Shown here: in pieces, positions 27,914 through 38,587 of the stretch
Layout of the letters: each line of letters begins with the position of its first letter
Numbering within the stretch: position 1 is the stretch's first letter
Virus record (IMG/VR): IMGVR_UViG_3300010352_000682
DNA: 64,000 nucleotides
Source of the DNA: an uncultured virus (IMG/VR IMGVR_UViG_3300010352_000682)
Taxonomy: Duplodnaviria > Heunggongvirae > Uroviricota > Caudoviricetes
Strand: one strand, 5' to 3'
Made by a program: the position numbers and the translations under genes
Notes under the pieces: generated by a model
What the model was told of the DNA's origin: nothing
What the model saw: the letters and a program-made list of their open reading frames with translations, nothing else
Databases searched by the model: none

Positions 27914-29587
27914 TTATACTCCTACTATATACTTTGCATAGTAAGACCAGTTTGTTGCTGTTTTCCAAGAATTTAATAATGATGCCCTTACTTTAATCGT
28001 ACAATCTGAAGGTATTCCATTAAATGCATTTGTATCGGCCAATGTTGGAACTGCTGCATAATGTGTAAAATCATAATACTTCGTACAGGAACATTGATAG
28101 AAAAGACCTGCACTAATAGTGGTAACTCTCGGAGAAATCTGAATATTTACAAAACTACCGTCACGAAAAGCATAATCAGCAATACTTGTAACACAATCTG
28201 GAATTCTAATATCCATAAGATTACTGCAAGACCGAAAAGCATATGTACCAATACTTGCAGTTCCTGAAATCTGGCCAATACTGTCAACTTTTTGAAGAAT
28301 TGTAAGATTAGTGAGATCGGTACACATCTCAAAAGCATGGTCACTAATACGTGTAACTCCTGCTGGAATTATAATTGCTTTAAGACCGAAACAACCATAA
28401 AAAGCATAGGAATTAATAGCTGTAACTCCTGAAGGAATTATAAACTCTTTTAGACTTTTGCAGCAATAAAAAGCATAACTACCAATGTCGGCATGCACTC
28501 CTGATGGAAGTGTAATACTTGTAAGAGCGCGACAGTTATAAAAAGCATAATCAAAAATGTATTCAAGGCCAGAAGGTAAAATAATATCGGTGAGGCAGTA
28601 ACAGGAATCAAAAACATGATCGTCAATAGCTATAACTCCTGAAGGAATCCTAATGCTTTTTAATCTATTACAATTACGAAAAGCACAAGCACCAATATTT
28701 GTAACTCCTAAAGGAAGTGTAATATTGTCCATATTGCACCCCTGAAAAGCATAGAGACCAATAGTTGTAATCCCAGGAGGAAGTATTACATATGTAACAA
28801 TGTCACAGCCGGTCAAAGCACTATCACTTATAGTTGTAACTCCTGATGGTATTATAATACCATTTAATTTATAGCAATTACCAAAAGCATTGGCACCAAT
28901 AGTTGTAACTCCTGAAGGAATTGTAATATTTTTTAATCCAGTACAGTATAAAAAAGCATTAGCAGCAATAGTTGTAACATTTTTTCCAATATTAATGGAT
29001 TGTAACATATTAGCATATACCCAACCGGCGCCAGAATATGGACCCATAATAGTATTTGGACTTGTTCCCCATCCAAGACCAAGTGTACAGCCATCCGCAA
29101 CAGTTAGGGTTATTGTATAATTTCCAACTGCTGTATAGTTGTGACCAGTACCAACATTTCCTACACTACTTGAGCTAGTGTTTGCTGAGCCATCTCCCCA
29201 ATTAATTGTAACTCCATTTGCAACTGTTTGTGTTATATATAATGGAACAACCGTACGCCCAAGTGCAGCTACGGTGATATTTAGTTTTGTTGTTCCATCT
29301 GATGTAATATACATGGCACCAATATTTGTTGCTACTGTTAAGTTATTTACTTGTGTAAGTGTATAATTCCATCCATCAAAAGTTAATCCATCATGACTTG
29401 GAGGAATAGGAAGCGCAGTTAATGCGGCTGCTTGTGATAATGTGCATGATTTAATTAGTGTTCCATCATAATCATAAAATTTTATAATCATATCTGCACT
29501 ATCAGCAGTAGTCTTACCCACTACATGATTGTGTTTCATAAGCGCAATCGCTGTCATTTGGAGCCTGTCGGCATCAGTCAATGCCAT
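27914..29587 (-). CDS. BspA-type leucine-rich-repeat protein with PKD-like domain, putative receptor-binding protein
   Basis: About 12 repeats of IPSGVTxIxxxAFxxCxxL; INWGDGS...HNYT.VGNYTITLTV; at the end of the tail module. Confidence 0.85.
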   Translation of the reverse strand: MALTDADRLQMTAIALMKHNHVVGKTTADSADMIIKFYDYDGTLIKSCTLSQAAALTALPIPPSHDGLTFDGWNYTLTQVNNLTVATNIGAMYITSDGTTKLNITVAALGRTVVPLYITQTVANGVTINWGDGSANTSSSSVGNVGTGHNYTAVGNYTITLTVADGCTLGLGWGTSPNTIMGPYSGAGWVYANMLQSINIGKNVTTIAANAFLYCTGLKNITIPSGVTTIGANAFGNCYKLNGIIIPSGVTTISDSALTGCDIVTYVILPPGITTIGLYAFQGCNMDNITLPLGVTNIGACAFRNCNRLKSIRIPSGVIAIDDHVFDSCYCLTDIILPSGLEYIFDYAFYNCRALTSITLPSGVHADIGSYAFYCCKSLKEFIIPSGVTAINSYAFYGCFGLKAIIIPAGVTRISDHAFEMCTDLTNLTILQKVDSIGQISGTASIGTYAFRSCSNLMDIRIPDCVTSIADYAFRDGSFVNIQISPRVTTISAGLFYQCSCTKYYDFTHYAAVPTLADTNAFNGIPSDCTIKVRASLLNSWKTATNWSYYAKYIVGV

Positions 29588-29605
29588 AGTATATCCTCCC
29601 TTATC

Positions 29606-31588
29606 TCAAGAAATAGAAATGGTTCCGACATAATTATCAGGCCATGTAAAAGTCATACTAGAATCAGTTTCAGTATAATTAATTGTTTCAGCAGAAGTTT
29701 TTCCTTCCATAATTACAGCTATTGTACCGGCAGACTTATTTATAGCTACTGATTTTATTCTGCGCATTTTTGCATCTACAAAATCACTTAATACAATATC
29801 AGTTGAATTATCTGCATCAACAATATATTTAATAGTTAAGCCTGTGGTAGATTTCCAAATATATGCTTTACCATTATTTCCTGTTCCAGAACCATATCCT
29901 AAACTGATTATTGGTTCATAACTTCCACTTTCCATTTCATAGCTGAATGATGCTTTTACATAGTCTGTATATTGATAAATAGTTACAGGATATGCTGTCA
30001 CATCTGTAGTCATATAAACTCGTTGTCCATTTATATATGGAATACCATCAGTTATTGTTGCGGTACTTATATCTTGTTTCCAATACATTGATGTTCCATA
30101 TCTATTAGTTAATTGCTGTGTTTGCGGCGTTGTGCCATCTAATACAACTACACTACGCATAAAAGTCAATGAAACTTCATGCCCAGTAAAATAGTAATCA
30201 TCAGTTGTATCATTATTAAGATACTTACTTACTTTTTTACTTGTATCAATCCAGTCTACTGTTAGTTCAGATACATTACCTTGAGCCGAGTATAAAGCAT
30301 TTGTAATGACTGCTTCTGATATTGTTGCTCCTTCAACAGTTACATCGCCCGTTATTTTATATTTTCTGGCTGCGGCATCAAAATATATACAGTCTTTTAA
30401 TTCACCATCAACAAGAGCTTGCATTGAGAGAATATCACTGTTAAATATTGCTTTTCCATAAACAGTGTCTCCATCTGTTTTTTCAACTGTTAATCCATTT
30501 TTTCTTGTTATTGATGCTCCATAATATTTTTGATTGAGTTTAACAACTCGATTAAATTGTTTTTGTGTTGAACTTACATAAGGATATTCATGACTTACTT
30601 CATTATCACTAGGAGCAGAAATATCTGCACCCCACATATGAGATAGATTCCATGTAATACTACATACTTGGTACAATACATTATTTATTGTTATCCAATC
30701 ACCTAATTCTACTGCTGGATTTAATACCGAATTAGATACAGTATATGGTTTATATGTATATGTGCTTAATGATGATAAAAAAGAATTAGTCATGGCTTGC
30801 GTGGCCCATAAACAGTCCGCCACTAGTTCTATTCCAGTATCATCACCGGAAGTATAATAACTATCATCATCCCAATATAGGGTAGCTCTTGAAAATTTCT
30901 CAATGTTTGTTCCAACAGTAAATTGAGTTACATTTAATTCCAGATTATCTCTTGATGTATTTGTTTGATTTAATGGAACAAAAAGTAACTTATTGTCACC
31001 AGTAATTATGAAATTTCCACAATTTGCCACGGCAATATAACAAAGCATTTCTCTAATTGTGTAATCATCAGTAAAGTACGCAATTGGATAATCATTGATG
31101 AAAACAGAACGGCTGTCTAATGTAACACCAATTCTGGTACAAATATTACTTAGTGCGTCTGCTTGTGATATTGGAAAAGTTACTCCTTGTAAACTTTCAT
31201 TATACCACACTTGTTCTGTTTTCATCATTGAATCGTATGCGTGTAATGTGGTGTTTCCTGTATTGGGCTGTTCTCTTGTATCAATATAAAATGTTCCAAA
31301 TGGTATCCATTCAGAAACATTAGATGAATTTGTTGCTTCATATAATCTATATTCAATTAATACGCTTGACATTTTTGGAATATTATCTGATGTTTCATTT
31401 ATTTCTATTGTCATTGTTTGTGAAACACATCCTCCAACGCCAACTCCACTATTATTGAATAGTGCATTTTCAATAGTACATTGTTTTATTTTATCCATAC
31501 CATATACAGTAGTACCAATTGTAGCCCTAAATTCCATTCTACAATCAGTTGCAAATATTGTATTGTATGTTGAAGAAACAGTTTTCAT
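29606..31588 (-). CDS. Tail tip/baseplate hub protein
   Basis: G.CVS, EWIP.GTFYID, AYDSM, ELGD; located after Dit. Confidence 0.75.
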   Translation of the reverse strand: MKTVSSTYNTIFATDCRMEFRATIGTTVYGMDKIKQCTIENALFNNSGVGVGGCVSQTMTIEINETSDNIPKMSSVLIEYRLYEATNSSNVSEWIPFGTFYIDTREQPNTGNTTLHAYDSMMKTEQVWYNESLQGVTFPISQADALSNICTRIGVTLDSRSVFINDYPIAYFTDDYTIREMLCYIAVANCGNFIITGDNKLLFVPLNQTNTSRDNLELNVTQFTVGTNIEKFSRATLYWDDDSYYTSGDDTGIELVADCLWATQAMTNSFLSSLSTYTYKPYTVSNSVLNPAVELGDWITINNVLYQVCSITWNLSHMWGADISAPSDNEVSHEYPYVSSTQKQFNRVVKLNQKYYGASITRKNGLTVEKTDGDTVYGKAIFNSDILSMQALVDGELKDCIYFDAAARKYKITGDVTVEGATISEAVITNALYSAQGNVSELTVDWIDTSKKVSKYLNNDTTDDYYFTGHEVSLTFMRSVVVLDGTTPQTQQLTNRYGTSMYWKQDISTATITDGIPYINGQRVYMTTDVTAYPVTIYQYTDYVKASFSYEMESGSYEPIISLGYGSGTGNNGKAYIWKSTTGLTIKYIVDADNSTDIVLSDFVDAKMRRIKSVAINKSAGTIAVIMEGKTSAETINYTETDSSMTFTWPDNYVGTISIS

Positions 31589-31641
31589 AAAATATACCTC
31601 TGTACTTTGATTATATCACACTAAATAAAAATATGCAAGTA

Positions 31642-32058
31642 TTAGGAGAATTTTGGTTCCATTGCAACAAATTGAAAATCTCCATCTTTCCAATAATTTG
31701 TTCCATTTACATCATATTTTAACATGTCTCTACTACCGCTTGTTATATAGGCATTAAATGTTATAGTTGATTGTGTTACATTATCACCAACATCAAACGG
31801 CATAATAATTACATGACTTTGAGATAAAGAGGAACATAATGACCATAATTTGTTATACTCTCTCATACCATCAATTGTATATTCAGGTTTAATTTTTAAC
31901 TTATAGTTAAAATATGTTCCTATTATATCTCGTTTCATAATTCCTGAAAGAAATCGCCCAGAATTAGCTCCATCTAAGATTTCAAATGTTTGAGTTAATT
32001 CAAGTATTCTAAGATGTGAAAATGTTACTCCATCTATACTAAATAATGTTGTACTCAT
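31642..32058 (-). CDS. Distal tail protein-like
   Basis: DG.NSGR..SG.M.RDIIGT motif; located after the tape measure gene. Confidence 0.7.
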   Translation of the reverse strand: MSTTLFSIDGVTFSHLRILELTQTFEILDGANSGRFLSGIMKRDIIGTYFNYKLKIKPEYTIDGMREYNKLWSLCSSLSQSHVIIMPFDVGDNVTQSTITFNAYITSGSRDMLKYDVNGTNYWKDGDFQFVAMEPKFS

Positions 32059-32070
32059 ATTATATCCTCA

Positions 32071-34938
32071 TTATGTGACACTTATACCAACACGGGCTGA
32101 TTCTTTTTGTATGTATGGTGATGTAAGTTTTGCAAAAGTCCTTCCATCAATTTGTAAATATATATTATCGTTTTGTGTTCCAGTTTTACTTTCAGAAAGA
32201 GCTTCCATAAGTGCTTCTTTCATAAGTGATATTGGAGATACAATCTCTTGTTCATGTCTATTATCTCCAAGAATAGCCTGAAATTCATGTCCAGGATTTA
32301 CAACTGCTCCTTGTTCAAGTCTTGGTAAACTTATGTTAGAGATATTGAATCCCCATTGTTTTCCACCAACAAAAGGAACCCAACTTGGCACTTTCCAACT
32401 TATTGTGTTTAACTTAGAAATTATCCAGTTTACTGCTGTTTCAACTGCTGAAATTATTGAATTCAGCACAGATTTTACAGCACCTATTCCTTTTCCAATA
32501 CCATTACTTAAACCATTAGCTATTGCGGTTCCAGCAGTTTGCATTTTAGTGGAAGTACCTGTTTTATCAATACCAAATACTGATATTATGTTATTCCAAA
32601 TTGGGTCAAAGATATGTGTTTTAATCCAATTTCCAATGGTTGACAATACTGTGTCTATACCATTTAAAAGTCCTTGACCAATGTACTTACCTTGTTCAGC
32701 CATTACTTTTGAAGGACTTGAAATACCAAAAATACTCTTGAATCCATTAATAAATGGTGTAAAAATATGATCTTTTATCCAAGTTCCTATAGATTTTAAG
32801 CCATCATCAATACCATCTAATAAACCCTGTAGTGTAAATTTACCATCTTCATAGGCATGATCTTTCCACCAACCTCTAATATCTTCAATAGCTGGCTTAA
32901 TTATTAAATCCCAAAGACCGCGTATGGCTAATCCTAAAAGTTCTCCTATTAACTTAAATCCATCAGATATTAATTTATTCCAATCAATGTCTGTGAATAT
33001 TTTACTAAATCCATTTTTTATAGATGTTTCTATTTCACTTAGATCAAGATTTTCTATAAATCCAATTAATCCATCAATTGCACCTGTTGCAACAACAACA
33101 AAGTATTTAATCACATCAAACATAATTGTTCCCCAATCAATGTTTGACAGTAATGTGCCTATAGAAGATCCAATTTTACTGAAATCAAGGGTTGAAATAA
33201 AGGTAATCATAAAATCATATATATTAGTAATTGATAAACTTATTGTTTTACCTAATTCCTCCCAATTAACATTGTAAAAAACATTATTTATAATATCTGC
33301 AAGTTTACTGCCCAATGCGCTAAAATCAAATGTAGATAAAAAGATAAATCCATCATTAATTATGGTGTTCAGTATATCAGCAAATAATTTGCCATGCACA
33401 ACAGGATCAATTCCACTAATTATGCCATTAAGAAGATTAGATAAATTTTTAGTGTATTCTGCTGTTTTTGGATATAACACACTTGTTACCCAAGTATCTA
33501 TGGAACTAAGTACGCCGTTTAGTTTTTCTGATATTTCTTTTCCAATACCTTCCCAATCTTGTGCATCAATTTTTTTCTTTAAATCATCTAATTGACTACT
33601 AAAATCTGTGTCAGCAAAATTGAAATCAGGAGTGATTCCTGATCCTGAACCTCCACCACCCTCTGTTGACTTTGCCTGTTGTATTGTATCCCAAGATGCT
33701 AAAAATTTATCATTTGATTTACCCGCAGATGTTGCGGCTTGTCCTTGCGCATATAAACTTTTTGCTGCTGATTTAGATGCTTTTCCTACACCAAATAGAA
33801 TACTAATTAACGCTGAAATATATTGTATTAGCTTAATTATCCAATTACATACTGTTTGTATAATTGGTACAATGGTAGTCAATAATGGTTGGAAAGCAGT
33901 TATTGCTGCTCCCTTAACTTGTGCAAATGATTGATAAACCTGTGAATTTCCTTCCATTAAATCTTTATACATATTAAGAAGATTTGTTAATGAAGTACGT
34001 ATTGGTCTAAAAATTAATCCTTGTAAAATAGCTGTATTTAAGCGTTTTCCAAAACTTGAAAATTTCTTACTAAGATTTTTAAGCGGGTTTGTTAATATAT
34101 TTTTAAAACCACTTAATAATGTTTTAGATAATTTAAGCGCAGAACCAATAATTCCGTTGAACACATGAATTCCTATTCTACCAAGTGCCTTAAATCCCAT
34201 ACCCAATGTTGTAAGCGTTGTTTTTCCCATAGTTTCAAGAACATATTTTACTTTTTCCCAACCATGTAGTGTGTCTATAATATCTTTTCCACTATCGGTT
34301 TTTTTTGCGTATAATGCATCTAGTGCTGTTTTTTGTTGTTCAACAGCTTCTTTTGCAGCATCATATTTAGTTTTTGTACTATCAATTTTTGTATTTAATT
34401 TTTCTTGTTCTTTATTTGGAACATTTAATAAATCTGAAAAAACTTTTACATCTTGTTCGAGTCCTGTAAATTGTGTTTTTGTGGTTGATAATTTTTCATT
34501 TAAATCAGAAACGTATTTAGTATATATTTCAAAATTTTTTTGATCAATATTAGCCCTACCTAATTGTCCTTTTGCAAGATTAGCTGTTTTTGTTTTTCCG
34601 CCCCACGCACCTGTTTCTACAGCACTTCTAATTTTCTCTGCTTTTCCTGCTTTTTCTGTGCCAAATAAATCTATTGCTTTTTGTGAAATAAGTGTGCTTC
34701 TCGATTTTAATAATTCATTATAGGTATTTTTTAGTTGTGTTATTTTTGTATTTGTTTCATCTATGGTTTTATTATCAAAAAAAGCTCTTTCTTTATCACT
34801 AGATAATTTTTGATACTGTGCTTGAAGCTCTTTTAATTTTGTTTCCTGAGTATTAAGAGCCGCAGTTAACTTTGCAAGAGCTTTTTCGGCCTTACCTATT
34901 TCTGTATCAACATCAATTCTAACTTCTCCATCAGCCAT
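32071..34938 (-). CDS. Tape measure protein
   Basis: MADGEVRID start, coiled coil, periodic D(W/F) repeats, GISSPSKVM, PRL.QGAVV. Confidence 0.9.
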   Translation of the reverse strand: MADGEVRIDVDTEIGKAEKALAKLTAALNTQETKLKELQAQYQKLSSDKERAFFDNKTIDETNTKITQLKNTYNELLKSRSTLISQKAIDLFGTEKAGKAEKIRSAVETGAWGGKTKTANLAKGQLGRANIDQKNFEIYTKYVSDLNEKLSTTKTQFTGLEQDVKVFSDLLNVPNKEQEKLNTKIDSTKTKYDAAKEAVEQQKTALDALYAKKTDSGKDIIDTLHGWEKVKYVLETMGKTTLTTLGMGFKALGRIGIHVFNGIIGSALKLSKTLLSGFKNILTNPLKNLSKKFSSFGKRLNTAILQGLIFRPIRTSLTNLLNMYKDLMEGNSQVYQSFAQVKGAAITAFQPLLTTIVPIIQTVCNWIIKLIQYISALISILFGVGKASKSAAKSLYAQGQAATSAGKSNDKFLASWDTIQQAKSTEGGGGSGSGITPDFNFADTDFSSQLDDLKKKIDAQDWEGIGKEISEKLNGVLSSIDTWVTSVLYPKTAEYTKNLSNLLNGIISGIDPVVHGKLFADILNTIINDGFIFLSTFDFSALGSKLADIINNVFYNVNWEELGKTISLSITNIYDFMITFISTLDFSKIGSSIGTLLSNIDWGTIMFDVIKYFVVVATGAIDGLIGFIENLDLSEIETSIKNGFSKIFTDIDWNKLISDGFKLIGELLGLAIRGLWDLIIKPAIEDIRGWWKDHAYEDGKFTLQGLLDGIDDGLKSIGTWIKDHIFTPFINGFKSIFGISSPSKVMAEQGKYIGQGLLNGIDTVLSTIGNWIKTHIFDPIWNNIISVFGIDKTGTSTKMQTAGTAIANGLSNGIGKGIGAVKSVLNSIISAVETAVNWIISKLNTISWKVPSWVPFVGGKQWGFNISNISLPRLEQGAVVNPGHEFQAILGDNRHEQEIVSPISLMKEALMEALSESKTGTQNDNIYLQIDGRTFAKLTSPYIQKESARVGISVT

Positions 34939-35497
34939 TTACGTCCCCTCCATTAAGAAGCGAATTAAATTCCTCTATTTTTTGTTGTTCTTCCTCATTG
35001 TATTGAATAGGAGGAGTTAAACTCTTTTTCATTTTTTGTAAATCAGTACGAGCCTTACCCTTAACATCTTTTATATCATAGTCTCGTATTTCAATAGCTT
35101 TACTTAAAGCACTGTCCTTATCAAGACTGCCCAATAATGCAATAAACTCAAACCAATGTAAATCTGATTTTGCTAAATCTATACTATATGTTTGTTTAAA
35201 GGAACTATATAGTCTACTTGAATCAAAGTCCCAATAAAACAAAGTTTTATCATTATTATCTGATGATTTATATTCTGGATTACCACACGCCATAAACCAT
35301 CTTAATCCATCTATAGCACTTTCTAATTCTGGCATACCATTACCATAAAGAAGATTTAATGATATTAACATCTTATCAGTATCATCTAATTCAACATCAT
35401 CAAGACACATACAAATTTGTATTCCTATTCTAAACGATGTACGAATTAAATATCCATTATATTCATTTGGAAGTTTATCAAGTAGGATATTATACAT
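34931..35497 (-). CDS. Gp15 family tail assembly protein (A118-like)
   Basis: IRTSFR, D...LYSSFKQTYSIDL, LHWFEFIALL, IEIR. Confidence 0.85.
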   Translation of the reverse strand: MYNILLDKLPNEYNGYLIRTSFRIGIQICMCLDDVELDDTDKMLISLNLLYGNGMPELESAIDGLRWFMACGNPEYKSSDNNDKTLFYWDFDSSRLYSSFKQTYSIDLAKSDLHWFEFIALLGSLDKDSALSKAIEIRDYDIKDVKGKARTDLQKMKKSLTPPIQYNEEEQQKIEEFNSLLNGGDVNG

Positions 35498-35566
35498 TTA
35501 ATCACCTAAAAATATACCCACAATATTAAGGGTATATTCCCCAATAATACTGTGGGTATCATCTAT

Positions 35567-35980
35567 TTATAAGGAGGAACCCGTTCTATCTGCGCTATAT
35601 TTATTAAATTTATCAATACGATTTTTTGTGTGTTTTTCAATATATGGTAAACAGGCTTCTATGAATTCTAATACGTATTCAACTCCAACTAAAACATCTT
35701 TGCCAAATATGGCCTCATAACTTCCCGGCCCAAATAATTGTTCAAATTCAGATTTAAGATATTCATGAAAAATAACATCAATTTTAATTTTCTCAAGACT
35801 ATCTAAATCTTCATTTTTTATACTTGTTTCAAACTCATTTGCTTTTTTCTGTACGTTATCAGTAAATTCATAAAAACATTGGTTAAAGCGTTCATCACTT
35901 ACGGGTAATTTTACAATGTATCCATCATCATTAACTTCAAGCTCGATAACTTCTACATTACTTCTAAATTTATCAGCCAT
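35567..35980 (-). CDS. Tail assembly chaperone
   Basis: LFGPGSYEAIFG motif; located between the major tail and Gp15 genes. Confidence 0.7.
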   Translation of the reverse strand: MADKFRSNVEVIELEVNDDGYIVKLPVSDERFNQCFYEFTDNVQKKANEFETSIKNEDLDSLEKIKIDVIFHEYLKSEFEQLFGPGSYEAIFGKDVLVGVEYVLEFIEACLPYIEKHTKNRIDKFNKYSADRTGSSL

Positions 35981-36009
35981 AACTAGGTTACTCCTTAGAT
36001 ATTAATTGC

Positions 36010-36528
36010 TTATGTGTTTTTTGTAAATGTGGGTACTCCATCTGTGAGTGCAACAGTTCCTTGAATTGGATCACCAATAAAGTTAATTGTATATTCCTGA
36101 ACTGGTGTCTCACCACCGGCTCCACCATATGTATCAACCTGTATTGAAACTTTTTGTACTTCTGCAACATATTTTAAAGTTGGAGTTCCGGAACTATCCC
36201 AAAGATCAACATTTAACATCCATGTTTGACAATCGCCAAGAATTGCACGATTGCGCCGAAGATTTGTAATAAATTCAAAGATTTCGTCACCCTTAGTGCA
36301 TTGTTGCGAAACAGCACTTGTGGGTTGATAGCCAGTAACATCAGTTGCAGCAGAATTAGAAACGATATCTTGTTCTGTTTCTGTTTGTGCTCCATAGTCT
36401 ACGCTCATATCAGTTACATTAAGACCAATGCGTTTCCATGTTACTCCAGTGGCATAATCAGCAGATTTAGCAGTATCAAGGAAATGTGCTATAAGAGGTC
36501 TTTTGATTTTTTCAACAGTTGTTGGCAT
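36010..36528 (-). CDS. Major tail (tube) protein
   Basis: W.RIG, GY.PT, YGG.GG, YTINFIGDP.QGT; position in the module. Confidence 0.75.
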   Translation of the reverse strand: MPTTVEKIKRPLIAHFLDTAKSADYATGVTWKRIGLNVTDMSVDYGAQTETEQDIVSNSAATDVTGYQPTSAVSQQCTKGDEIFEFITNLRRNRAILGDCQTWMLNVDLWDSSGTPTLKYVAEVQKVSIQVDTYGGAGGETPVQEYTINFIGDPIQGTVALTDGVPTFTKNT

Positions 36529-36538
36529 TTTTTACTCC

Positions 36539-37006
36539 TTACTTAAACTCAATAATTAATTTTTTTTCACGCTTACGTTTTGCTTGTTCTCTCCAAAGTA
36601 ATCGTTGATGCTCTATTGTATCTATAATATCATTGCGCCATTTTATTTTATTATCATTAATGGCTCTTTCATCCCAATATGGGCCAGCAAATGGATTACT
36701 TTTTTCTCCAGGATTTCTTCCGGGTATAAATCTTACTGATTTACCTGCACTGGAGACACCTTCATATATATTTTCTGTATAATCATATCCAGTTAGTGGG
36801 TTAACGCCCTCATACTCAATCAATAATTCATTATCGACAATTTCAGCACTATCGTATCCTGAACGTGATGTTCTACCAGTTTTATATGGAACATACATAT
36901 CAATATCTGATACGATATCATTTTTTATATATTTTAGGGCGTAATTGGCTGATGTTTGAACATCTGTCATTATTTCATCAACATCTATTAAACTTTCAAT
37001 TGGCAT
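36539..37006 (-). CDS. A118-like minor capsid/neck protein
   Basis: YVPYKTG, NPFAGPYWDERA. Confidence 0.7.
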   Translation of the reverse strand: MPIESLIDVDEIMTDVQTSANYALKYIKNDIVSDIDMYVPYKTGRTSRSGYDSAEIVDNELLIEYEGVNPLTGYDYTENIYEGVSSAGKSVRFIPGRNPGEKSNPFAGPYWDERAINDNKIKWRNDIIDTIEHQRLLWREQAKRKREKKLIIEFK

Positions 37007-37446
37007 TAGTTTTCTCTCCAATATGTCATTGCGCAACGCATTTGATAAACGGCACTATCTGATGTTGCAGAAGCGGCATATTGTGTTTGATTTGGCATAA
37101 TAGAGACTACTTCTCCCTCTGAAATGATAGGAAAATTCTTCACTTTGGTTTGAGTATACACCCATTCTTTTAATTTGTCAAAAAATTGTAGATTATCAAG
37201 ATTTTGTTCGGGGTCATCCCCATATGGAGCACGTAGAGCAAATATAAAATTAATGGTTTGTTCTCCATTATAAGAATTATTACCTATAATATCTGTATAT
37301 ACTCTTAAAGGAGACGGCATTGTATATATTGAACACTCTGTGGCCTTATCACCAAGATAATCGGTTCCAAAATTAACTATATTTGATACATCTGAACATT
37401 GAAGAAACCAAAGTCTTAAATTTTCATTGGTATTTATTTCTGCCAT
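37006..37446 (-). CDS. Tail terminator/neck protein
   Basis: YTDIIG, NL.FFD.L.EW, A.YQ; position in the module. Confidence 0.6.
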   Translation of the reverse strand: MAEINTNENLRLWFLQCSDVSNIVNFGTDYLGDKATECSIYTMPSPLRVYTDIIGNNSYNGEQTINFIFALRAPYGDDPEQNLDNLQFFDKLKEWVYTQTKVKNFPIISEGEVVSIMPNQTQYAASATSDSAVYQMRCAMTYWREN

Positions 37447-37871
37447 TATTTACACACAACTTTCCAATGTTTTGCACTTGGTTTATTTCTATTATCTGTT
37501 ACAGAAAGTATTGTAATAACATCATCATATTTATCTTCTAGTTTTGCCGGTTTTGCACTATCTCCAGAATCAGTTACAGCACCGCGTATAATTATATCTC
37601 CATGTGATATTGTCCAATAATTAATCATCTTATCATTGGGTATTTTTTCAAATTCTTTTGGAGACAAATATGATTTACCACTAAAATCTGCATCTATTGG
37701 TATTCTTATTGTATATAAGTCAGCGCTTAATAACCCATCTTGTGAAACAAGTGCCTGTGCTTCACCAAACCACGATACACCAGTAATTATGGTTGATAAA
37801 TATTTTTTATATTTTGTTGTGGGGTCTGTGTAACTATTAAATATTGTTATTGTTTCAATACATTGTTGCAT
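37446..37871 (-). CDS. Head closure protein (DUF6751-like)
   Basis: TITIFN, GVSW, IRIP, WTI..GDIIIRG, HWKV. Confidence 0.65.
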   Translation of the reverse strand: MQQCIETITIFNSYTDPTTKYKKYLSTIITGVSWFGEAQALVSQDGLLSADLYTIRIPIDADFSGKSYLSPKEFEKIPNDKMINYWTISHGDIIIRGAVTDSGDSAKPAKLEDKYDDVITILSVTDNRNKPSAKHWKVVCK

Positions 37872-38299
37872 CAGAAAACGCCCCTATATAAAAGTAGTGT
37901 TCCAGTATCATCGCGCTCTAAAGCTAAATATGATTTTATTGTATTTGATTCAGTTAAATCAATTCCGTGTCGTACTGCTGCCATATATGTTCCGGGGTCT
38001 CCTCCGCCAGTAGCAAATGATTCTTGATAACCGTCATTAATATAACTAGACACCAAACGGCCTTCATTGCCCGCAGAATTGCCCATAATAATATTTTGCA
38101 TATTGGTAGTATATAACTGCTCTTGATATAAAAGAGCCATCATACAGCGTTTAACTGTCTCTGGTATGGTAGTCATTGCTTTTATACGTTCTGCGGTAAA
38201 GGCATCGATCTTTTTACTGCATTCAAAACAATATTGTAAAAAGGTAGTTTCATCAAGAGTACCACCATATTCTATATATTCTTCATAAGTAAGGTACAT
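37871..38299 (-). CDS. Head-tail adaptor
   Basis: YLTYEEY...GG, ID..T..RI, NDGY.ESF, LLYRGV. Confidence 0.8.
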   Translation of the reverse strand: MYLTYEEYIEYGGTLDETTFLQYCFECSKKIDAFTAERIKAMTTIPETVKRCMMALLYQEQLYTTNMQNIIMGNSAGNEGRLVSSYINDGYQESFATGGGDPGTYMAAVRHGIDLTESNTIKSYLALERDDTGTLLLYRGVF

Positions 38300-38318
38300 A
38301 ACAAAACCACCTTGTTAA

Positions 38319-38576
38319 TTATTCTGTTTGAGTTTTCTTAGATTTGGCTAATTGATTTTTGAGTTGGGCAATTTCAGTTTCATATTTACTAATTAATCTG
38401 GTATGCTCCAGAAATTTAATCCGGAGCATACCTATATCAGTAGGAATAGCTTCTTTAATGATATTGCCCATATCATCTATTTGATTATAGCCTTTTTCAA
38501 TAAACTCTTGTAATCTATCTTCTGGAATTTCAAGCACTTTATTTGCTTTTTGTACCATAATCTTATTGGGCATCAT
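38319..38576 (-). CDS. Small head-associated protein
   Basis: ORF directly after the major capsid gene. Confidence 0.55.
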   Translation of the reverse strand: MMPNKIMVQKANKVLEIPEDRLQEFIEKGYNQIDDMGNIIKEAIPTDIGMLRIKFLEHTRLISKYETEIAQLKNQLAKSKKTQTE

Positions 38577-38587
38577 TTATTACCTCA

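Noticed and set aside
27914..29587. Diversity-generating retroelement targeting the LRR gene or the end repeat
   Set aside because: No reverse transcriptase is present, there is no TR/VR pair, and the end-repeat mismatches are not adenine-specific on either strand
35497..35570. Programmed frameshift between tail chaperone and Gp15
   Set aside because: The genes are separated by about 70 nt containing a hairpin, Gp15 has its own RBS and ATG, and I saw no clear slippery site
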